From Candidatus Obscuribacterales bacterium (GTDB taxonomy: Bacteria; Cyanobacteriota; Vampirovibrionia; Obscuribacterales; Obscuribacteraceae): a stretch of 64,000 nucleotides of DNA. Numbering within the stretch: position 1 is the stretch's first letter; each line of letters starts with the position of its first letter. Below the pieces are notes generated by a model, which searched no databases, was not told where the DNA came from, and saw only the letters and a program-made list of their open reading frames with translations. The position numbers and the translations under genes were made by a program. The DNA lies in the NCBI GenBank assembly GCA_965228855.1, contig CBDDIJ010000003.1:2656001-2720000 (forward strand). Direction: 5' to 3'. Of this stretch, positions 9,492-16,370 are shown one piece after another.

Positions 9492-9650
9492 AAGGGTGAG
9501 ACCTCAATATTCATGGTAAGGGGGGTCGGGCACCATTTAAGATACCAACCCATCGTTACGGCCCCGTGACATAAGCAGAGCGCAAGCTTCCTGAAACCAG
9601 AGCCTGTCCCTTTCTCCCCGTATTCTTACGGCTCCGACAGCTTGAACAAA

Positions 9651-9681
9651 CGAAAAACCCGGGCAACAGCCCAGGTTCTTC
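9651..9681 (-). terminator. Probable intrinsic terminator ending the rpoB-paralog operon
   Basis: Minus strand GAAGAACCTGGGC-TGTT-GCCCGGGTTTTTC followed by GTTTGTT. Confidence 0.65.
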
Positions 9682-9881
9682 TCTACCCCTCAGTGATTAA
9701 GTCTTCGATACCCCAACCATTTCGAATCGGTTTAAAACCGAATCGAATCTTGGTCCAGGTCCGCACACGCGACGAGTCCCTTACCTCATCGCATATGCAA
9801 ATTCCTTCAGGTGCGCTTTACTGCACATTTTTTACTGGTTCAAATCGAAATTCGCTTTGATATTTATTTGAGCCTGTTCTG

Positions 9882-10688
9882 CTACGCAGTGATTGCGTGC
9901 GGCGTAACCGGCACAACACCTGCTGCAGGAACGAACGTGCCTTCCGTAACATTGTCCGCCGTTTGTGGGAACAAGTTGAGAGTGCGACACTCGGCATTCT
10001 GCCATTGCGCGCTAATCATGCCCTTCTTGTAGAGTTCTTGGTGAGTTGCGAAGAAGCAATATTTTGCCAAACTCGAATTCGACATTTGAGCGATCTTCGC
10101 TTGCAGAGCGGCTTGCGACTCATCGTCTCTAGTGACGATTAGAAGCATTTCGCAGCCTGCCTCGACTATTGACTTTTCCAGACCTGCAAGAGTTGCATCA
10201 TCGCAATCAGGATTGTTCGCGATTCCGATATCATATGCGATACCATTGCATTGGAATGAAACCTTTGCGTCCAGGTGGAATTTCGCTTTGTCTTCGCCTT
10301 TCACCGTCGACCATTTGATGTCAGAGGCTTTGCCTTCGTTCTTCGCGATTAGATAAAGCATCCGGATGTTGGCGACTTCGAGGTGATGACGCTGCCAATT
10401 CGCATCGAAGCGATCGGTATCATCTTGCTCTTTGCCGGAGACGCTCTTAGCCATCGGAGACAGCATGTATACGAGCGGTTTGGTCGGCGTCGTCCACCAC
10501 GGCAACTTGGTTCCGTGACGGTGACAGAGAAGATAATCGAGATAAAAGAGTTTTCTGAGACGATCTCTGATCAAGACTGGTTTGTCTTCTTCAGTGATGA
10601 ACCACGAAATATGTTTTTCCAACAAAACTTCGTGCTCATCTATCAAATTGAAGATGAGATGGTCTCTGTCATTGAGCTGAATAGCCAT
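9882..10688 (-). CDS. Replication-relaxation (Replic_Relax)-like wHTH + degenerate PD-(D/E)xK protein
   Basis: Pattern LNDRD..IF.LI.EH..L...I ... RDRLRKL..L.YL ... P.VY.L ... RHHLEVANI resembles the family; the nuclease motif looks degenerate (HLDAKVSF..DIGI). Confidence 0.55.
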   Translation of the reverse strand: MAIQLNDRDHLIFNLIDEHEVLLEKHISWFITEEDKPVLIRDRLRKLFYLDYLLCHRHGTKLPWWTTPTKPLVYMLSPMAKSVSGKEQDDTDRFDANWQRHHLEVANIRMLYLIAKNEGKASDIKWSTVKGEDKAKFHLDAKVSFQCNGIAYDIGIANNPDCDDATLAGLEKSIVEAGCEMLLIVTRDDESQAALQAKIAQMSNSSLAKYCFFATHQELYKKGMISAQWQNAECRTLNLFPQTADNVTEGTFVPAAGVVPVTPHAITA

Positions 10689-10747
10689 TACTGCCTCGCT
10701 GGGGGTGTTTTTTTTCTGAAGGGTTTTACTGAGTGGTTTAAAAAAAA

Positions 10748-11515
10748 CTAGCGGGTAGGTACTTGTCCGCCAACGCGTTTGATTTCTTCGATAGAAGGAT
10801 TGCCTTTTACGTATTGCTGCAGAGCGTCTGTCTGCTGTCTCATGTGGACGTGATATTTCATTCTCAAATCAGTGTCCAGAGCATAAATCCGCTTGTTGAG
10901 TTCTTTCAAACCCTTCGCTCTGTTGTGAATCGAGTCCAACCCTTCTTCTAACTCCTCCATAGTTTTCGCTGCGGGTCTGGGTTTTATCAGGTCCTCGTAT
11001 ACCGATGCTGAGTCCGCGTACCAATCGGCTACTAAGTTGACATAGTCTCTTATGTCGGTGGTGCCGGGTGGGAACTCTAACTTTCGGAGAACACCAGCGA
11101 GATATCTGTACTTCACAGCAACTTTCTTCGCGGTGTCTGTCCACTGCTGAACGCGCTCTGCCTCTTGATTGAAACCGCGGGTGAGGATCGCGGATTCACC
11201 TTGAGTTTTGCTGTAGCAGAAAACTGTCTGGTCGAAATTTTCGAACCATCTAACTACAGGATCATTGGGATTTGACATCATCGCCAATGCGCCCTGTTTG
11301 CCGAGCGGGTTCTCGGGAACCTCGGTGGCTTTGCGAATTCTTTCTTTGGCGGCAGCCGCTTCGCGAGCACCGCTATCAGAGTTGAATTCATCGTGCATCG
11401 GCTGGGCAGCTACTGCTGCGAAACCGAATGAGCTTGCTGTCAGCACCACGGCTGCAACTAATGCTGCTGCCACCTTCTTAGTTTTGATGCTGTCGTTGCG
11501 TACGCTCATTTCCAC
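10748..11515 (-). CDS. Secreted helical hypothetical protein
   Basis: Signal peptide KTKKVAAALVAAVVLTASSFGFAAVAA; amphipathic helical body; co-oriented with the operon. Confidence 0.75.
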   Translation of the reverse strand: MEMSVRNDSIKTKKVAAALVAAVVLTASSFGFAAVAAQPMHDEFNSDSGAREAAAAKERIRKATEVPENPLGKQGALAMMSNPNDPVVRWFENFDQTVFCYSKTQGESAILTRGFNQEAERVQQWTDTAKKVAVKYRYLAGVLRKLEFPPGTTDIRDYVNLVADWYADSASVYEDLIKPRPAAKTMEELEEGLDSIHNRAKGLKELNKRIYALDTDLRMKYHVHMRQQTDALQQYVKGNPSIEEIKRVGGQVPTR

Positions 11516-11612
11516 TTTCCGTTTGTGCTTCCAGTCGACATACTTATTTGTATAACGAGTGTCGAACTTTATCTATGTTGTATTCACGTACTTGGCAGCG
11601 GTTTTCCGCTCT

Positions 11613-12578
11613 TTAATGTCCGTACAGTGGATCAACTGGTACGCCACTTCTGCCATTGCTACCGCTCGCTCCAGGTGTTGCCGGAGTATTCGGTCTCGAC
11701 ATGAATGCGTCTTGAACTTGTGATGGAGCCGGTCTCGATACGTTTTGCGCCGGCGTGTCGCTGTTGGCGTTATACGTATTCATTTGAACGATCTTCCAGA
11801 TAGTGTATGCGGAGAGGAGAAGCATCATCCCTGCGGCCGCGCCGAATACTCTGGAACCTCCATATGGATTACCCATGACCATCGAGTAGGCAGCCATCGA
11901 CATGAAGATCGTGGCACTGACTACACCGAGGATAACGAGATAACGCGAGAAGGTCCAAACCGTCGGAAGCGGATGGTCTGGAGTGTAGCCGTAAATGCTA
12001 TTGTGGTCCGGCTTCGGATAACCGTTGCCAGGCGCATCACTATCGATGAATTTGCGTCCGCCATTGTTGGTCGCTTGTGGATACGGAGCAAGAGCTTCGT
12101 TAATTTGTTCCATTTGCGCATCAGTCGCGGTAGCTTCAATTGTTTGTTCGCCCGAACGCATATTGACTCCGAGAATGCCCTCGATTTGACTGATGGCGTC
12201 GTTGCTCAAAGTGTCGGGACGAATTGTGGTGACCTGTCTTTCGCCGCGCGCTCCGTTGTGAAATACACGGACGGTGCTGCGGTCGCGACCTTCACCTGTT
12301 GGAAAACTGTGACCGGGAGTGGCATCAGAGGTTCCAGACGGAACATTCTGGGCGCCGCCCGCATCACCAGGGGTGACTGCAGGAGGCGCGGTGCCGTCGC
12401 CGACCGGTGGTGGCGCAGGTGGTGCGAACTGAGCATTAGCGGAGACCGAAAAACCGACGGAGAAGAGCACGGCAACCGCGAGGGCTAAAACGCTTCTCGT
12501 CAGGCTGTCCTTGTTTCTCATCTTCACTTGCATGTCCTTCGTGTCCTCGTAAAATAACTTGTTCGTTTCCTGTCTCAC
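11613..12578 (-). CDS. Secreted/membrane protein with C-terminal VirB2/TrbC-pilin-like two-helix hairpin (true start may be ATG 12533)
   Basis: Signal peptide, Pro-rich linker, then VWTFSRYLVILGVVSATIFMSMAAYSMVMGNPYGGSRVFGAAAGMMLLLSAYTIWKIV (TM-turn-TM, as in conjugative pilins). Confidence 0.6.
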   Translation of the reverse strand: MRQETNKLFYEDTKDMQVKMRNKDSLTRSVLALAVAVLFSVGFSVSANAQFAPPAPPPVGDGTAPPAVTPGDAGGAQNVPSGTSDATPGHSFPTGEGRDRSTVRVFHNGARGERQVTTIRPDTLSNDAISQIEGILGVNMRSGEQTIEATATDAQMEQINEALAPYPQATNNGGRKFIDSDAPGNGYPKPDHNSIYGYTPDHPLPTVWTFSRYLVILGVVSATIFMSMAAYSMVMGNPYGGSRVFGAAAGMMLLLSAYTIWKIVQMNTYNANSDTPAQNVSRPAPSQVQDAFMSRPNTPATPGASGSNGRSGVPVDPLYGH

Positions 12579-15500
12579 TTATCGGTCCGGAGTCGATCCA
12601 CCATCATTGCCGCTGGTGTCGGTTCCAACATGAACTTTTTGAGGTGCTCGTGTGATTGTCATCAGCTCTTGAGCGAGGTTCTGCAATTCACTCAGCGAAG
12701 GGAAGTCGAATAATGGATCTTCCTTGCTGTCGAGCTCCGGTGCTATCAGACTGGACAGCTCAGCAGACGGCGCCGGCTTGGTTTCTTCAACGATTGAGAT
12801 TTTAAGGTCATCATCGTCAGGTCCAAAGAAGCTGTCACCGAGGATGGTGTCAACGAAGTCGTCAACACTTTTTGTACCTGCGGGACTGACTTCTTGCTCA
12901 CTACCCTGGAGATTTGCTGGCTCATCAATGTCATCAATCAAAGACTCCTGTGTGCTGAGTTCGAACTGTGGTTTTCTTCCGTTTCTGCCATTTGTCATGG
13001 ATGTGATCATCGGCAGTCTAGGTGCTCGTACAACTGGCTCGTAGTCGCCACCCGGAATTTCGAGAATCTTCTGACCTTCCGCATTTTCGAGCATGTGAAC
13101 AGAGGACACTTGCAAGGTTTCTTCCAGTGTCGCGTCCTCCGGAAGCGCGATTCTCGAACAGGTTCTGTCGGGCACTGGTTCGAAACTGTCGACCACTCTT
13201 CCGAGCGTGACTTCAAGACCGAGACCGCGAATCTCGCAGCAGAGTCCGTCGAAAGCCGCGGTACGGCTGCCGTTTTGAACATTCTTGCCCTGCACCATAT
13301 CGGTGTAAGCCTGGTGTCTGCCCTGGATGTCGTCGGCTTTGATGGTCATCATCTCGTGAAGGATGTTTGCCGCACCATAAGCTTGAACAGCCCATACTTC
13401 CATTTCGCCCATGCGCTGACCGCCGTGGTTGGCTTTTCCGCCGACCGGCTGTTGAGTGACCGCGGCGTAAGGACCGCCGAGACCGCAACGAGCGTTGACT
13501 TTGTGGAGAACCAACTGGTTCAACTTGAGCATGTACTGGCGTCCGACAAGAACTGGTCTGTCGATTTTTTCACCGGTTCTGCCGTCGGTCAGAATGACTT
13601 TGCCGTCTTCGCCGAACCACTCGTAGCCTGGAGTCTTACGAACTTCAGCCAGTGCTTCCTTGACCAATCTATATGAAGCGTCATCACTGAGAGATTCATC
13701 GAATTGGTGAATGCGGTAATAGCGATTGAGAATATCGGAATAAAGTCCGAGCTGAGTGTCGAACACCTGACCGACGTTCATACGGGACGGTACGCCGAGG
13801 GAGTTGAGCACCAGGTCGACCGGAGTACCGTCGGGAAGGAAAGGCATATCTTCATCGGGAACAATGTTCGCGACGATACCTTTGTTTCCGTGACGTCCAG
13901 CCAGTTTGTCGCCAACTTCAACAGGGCACATTCTTGCGATCAGAACTTCGATTTCGCAGATCACACCAGCTTTCATTTCAGGTGTGGTTTCCGGCGTGAA
14001 GATGCGAACGTCGATTACGCGACCGCCCGAACCATGTGGAACTCTCAAGCTGCTATCGCCCATTTCTTCAGCGACCTTTCCGAAGATTGCCTGAAGCAAT
14101 TCTTCTTCGGAGCTCAATGCGCGATGCTCTTTAGGTGTCAGTTTCGAAACAAGCACATCGCCGGCTTCAACATAAGCGCCGATTTTTGCGATACCACGCT
14201 CATCGAGATGCTCGAGATCTTTGGATGAAACGTTGGGCAATTCCGGTGTGAGAATTTCAGGTCCTCTCAAAGTTTGATAAACGTTGAGCGAATGTTTCTC
14301 GATTTCGATGTGGGTGAGTTTTTGATCGCGAACGAGACCACGACGGACGACGATAGCATCCTCATAGTTGTATCCGCCCCACGGCATGAACGCGATTAAT
14401 AGGTTTCGGCCCAGAGCCAATTCACCTTTGTCGATGCCAGGTCCGTCTGCGATGATTTCGCCGGCTTCAACTTTTTGTCCGAGCGAAACCGATGGACGTT
14501 GGTCGAGAATCGTATTCTGGTTGGTGCGATCGAAACGAGTGAGATTGTAAGCGCGCTTCTCACCGGAAGCTTGCGTGATCTCAATGTTCTGTCCGCTCAC
14601 TTGAGTGACGGTGCCACCACGACGAGCAGTGATCGAATGTCCGGACGAACGAGCCACGATTTTTTCCATGCCCGTTCCAACACGTGGGCGCTCAGGGCGC
14701 ACCAGCGGTAGAGTTTGGCGCATCATCCCGCCACCCATCAGGGCGCGTCCCGTATCATCGTGCTCGAGGAATGGGATCAAACCTGAACCAACTGAGAGGA
14801 AACCTTGCGGCGTGATCCCCATCATGTCGACCTGCTCGGGAGTTACCTCGATGAGGCTTTCTCCGCGACGAGCTGCGACCAGCGGTCCGAGAATTTTGCC
14901 ATCAACACAACGAGTGTCAGGCGGTGCAAGAGTGTATTTCTTATCGTCGGATGGTGTGAGGAATTGCACTTCATCAAGCAAGTAGCCATTCTTCACTTTG
15001 CGATAAGGCACGGTCAAGAAACCATCATCATCGATACGGCAGTAGCTGGCGAGGTACGAAACCATACCGCAGTTCTTACCTTCAGGCGATTCTACGAGAC
15101 AGACCCGACCGATTTGCGACGGGTGAACGTCACGCATTTCGACAGGTGCTGCGTTCGGATCGATACCGCCAGGTCCGAAGGATGTGATTCTTCTTCTGTG
15201 CGAAAGTTCCGAAAGAGGATTTTGTTGATCGAGATACTGAACGAGCGGGTTGCCCGAGAAGTATTTAGTGATTGCGTTGGAGAAAGGTCTCGTGTCGATC
15301 AAATCGTTAGGACTGCCGATCTCTTCGTCTTCGTTGAGTTCGAGTTTCATCTTGATCGAACGGGTCATCTGACCGAGAGCCGGGCGAACAGCTTTGAGCA
15401 TTGTCTCGCCAACACCACGAAGGTGTCTGTTTTCCAGGGAGTCGATGTGATCGATAAAACCCATATCTGAAGGAAGACCGAGAAGATACTCGATTGCTGC

Positions 15501-16370
15501 CATCAAATCGGAAGGGCTGAGTTGCTTGTTCTCGCCATCCAAACCCAGTTTGCGGTTGAAACGGCTGCGTCCAAGTTTGCCGAGGCTATAACGACGCTTG
15601 TCGAACAGTTCACCAAGTGCGGTATTACCTGCACCGGAACCGCCGCCGCCGTCCGGCTTCCAGCCTCTGCCTACGACAGAGAGAGCTTCAGCCTGGGTGA
15701 TTTCTTTCCACTCGATGCGGCTGCGATCGAGAAGTTTTCCGAGACGTTTTTGGATATCTTGTGCGTCAAAGCCCATTGCGGTCAGAAGCGTGGTGCATGC
15801 AATCCACGAACGCTTCGGAAGTTTGACTCTGCACTTAGAACGGCTAGCTTTACCAGGAGTGACTTGCGGATCGATTACGAGTTCGAATGCGATAGGCGCG
15901 CCTTGCTCTGCAAGCATCAGACCTTTGTAGGTGTTGCCTGCCGGTTGGCTGAAGTAGATGCCGGGAGCGCGGACGAGTTGACCGAGGACAACGCGTTCCG
16001 ATCCGTTGATGACGAATGTACCGCGGTCGGTGATGACGGGCATGTCTGCGATGTAGCATTTCGACTTGCGCAGTTCACCAGTTACGGTATCACGCAACCA
16101 TGCTTCCATCATCAGACGACGAGCGTGAGTCATGTTGGTCTTTCGAGCTTGCTCTGCGGAATTCGGATATCCGGAATCCGGAGCATAGTCTTCGAACCAC
16201 CATTTGACTTTGCCATCTGGTCCGACAAAAGTAAGTTCAAATCTGGGGGAGAGGTCACTCGAGATGGGCGAGATTTCAGCGAAGAGATTACCAATTGTCT
16301 CTTCGAGGAAACGCCGATAAGAACGTCTCGGGAACTCTGCCAAATCTGGTGCTTGGAAAAAGAAACTCAT
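12579..16370 (-). CDS. rpoB: DNA-directed RNA polymerase subunit beta, divergent paralog with acidic C-terminal extension
   Basis: TDRGTFVINGSERV, DQQNPLSELSHRRR..GPGG, RDVHP..GRVC..ESPEG, LEHDD..RALMG, GYNYEDAI, GDKLAGRHGNKGIV, PSRMNVGQ, TQQPVGGKA..GGQRMGEMEVWA. Confidence 0.95.
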   Translation of the reverse strand: MSFFFQAPDLAEFPRRSYRRFLEETIGNLFAEISPISSDLSPRFELTFVGPDGKVKWWFEDYAPDSGYPNSAEQARKTNMTHARRLMMEAWLRDTVTGELRKSKCYIADMPVITDRGTFVINGSERVVLGQLVRAPGIYFSQPAGNTYKGLMLAEQGAPIAFELVIDPQVTPGKASRSKCRVKLPKRSWIACTTLLTAMGFDAQDIQKRLGKLLDRSRIEWKEITQAEALSVVGRGWKPDGGGGSGAGNTALGELFDKRRYSLGKLGRSRFNRKLGLDGENKQLSPSDLMAAIEYLLGLPSDMGFIDHIDSLENRHLRGVGETMLKAVRPALGQMTRSIKMKLELNEDEEIGSPNDLIDTRPFSNAITKYFSGNPLVQYLDQQNPLSELSHRRRITSFGPGGIDPNAAPVEMRDVHPSQIGRVCLVESPEGKNCGMVSYLASYCRIDDDGFLTVPYRKVKNGYLLDEVQFLTPSDDKKYTLAPPDTRCVDGKILGPLVAARRGESLIEVTPEQVDMMGITPQGFLSVGSGLIPFLEHDDTGRALMGGGMMRQTLPLVRPERPRVGTGMEKIVARSSGHSITARRGGTVTQVSGQNIEITQASGEKRAYNLTRFDRTNQNTILDQRPSVSLGQKVEAGEIIADGPGIDKGELALGRNLLIAFMPWGGYNYEDAIVVRRGLVRDQKLTHIEIEKHSLNVYQTLRGPEILTPELPNVSSKDLEHLDERGIAKIGAYVEAGDVLVSKLTPKEHRALSSEEELLQAIFGKVAEEMGDSSLRVPHGSGGRVIDVRIFTPETTPEMKAGVICEIEVLIARMCPVEVGDKLAGRHGNKGIVANIVPDEDMPFLPDGTPVDLVLNSLGVPSRMNVGQVFDTQLGLYSDILNRYYRIHQFDESLSDDASYRLVKEALAEVRKTPGYEWFGEDGKVILTDGRTGEKIDRPVLVGRQYMLKLNQLVLHKVNARCGLGGPYAAVTQQPVGGKANHGGQRMGEMEVWAVQAYGAANILHEMMTIKADDIQGRHQAYTDMVQGKNVQNGSRTAAFDGLCCEIRGLGLEVTLGRVVDSFEPVPDRTCSRIALPEDATLEETLQVSSVHMLENAEGQKILEIPGGDYEPVVRAPRLPMITSMTNGRNGRKPQFELSTQESLIDDIDEPANLQGSEQEVSPAGTKSVDDFVDTILGDSFFGPDDDDLKISIVEETKPAPSAELSSLIAPELDSKEDPLFDFPSLSELQNLAQELMTITRAPQKVHVGTDTSGNDGGSTPDR

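Noticed and set aside
12579..16370. Ordinary housekeeping rpoB
   Set aside because: No rpoC follows and many near-invariant residues are changed. It cannot be fully excluded without the rest of the genome.
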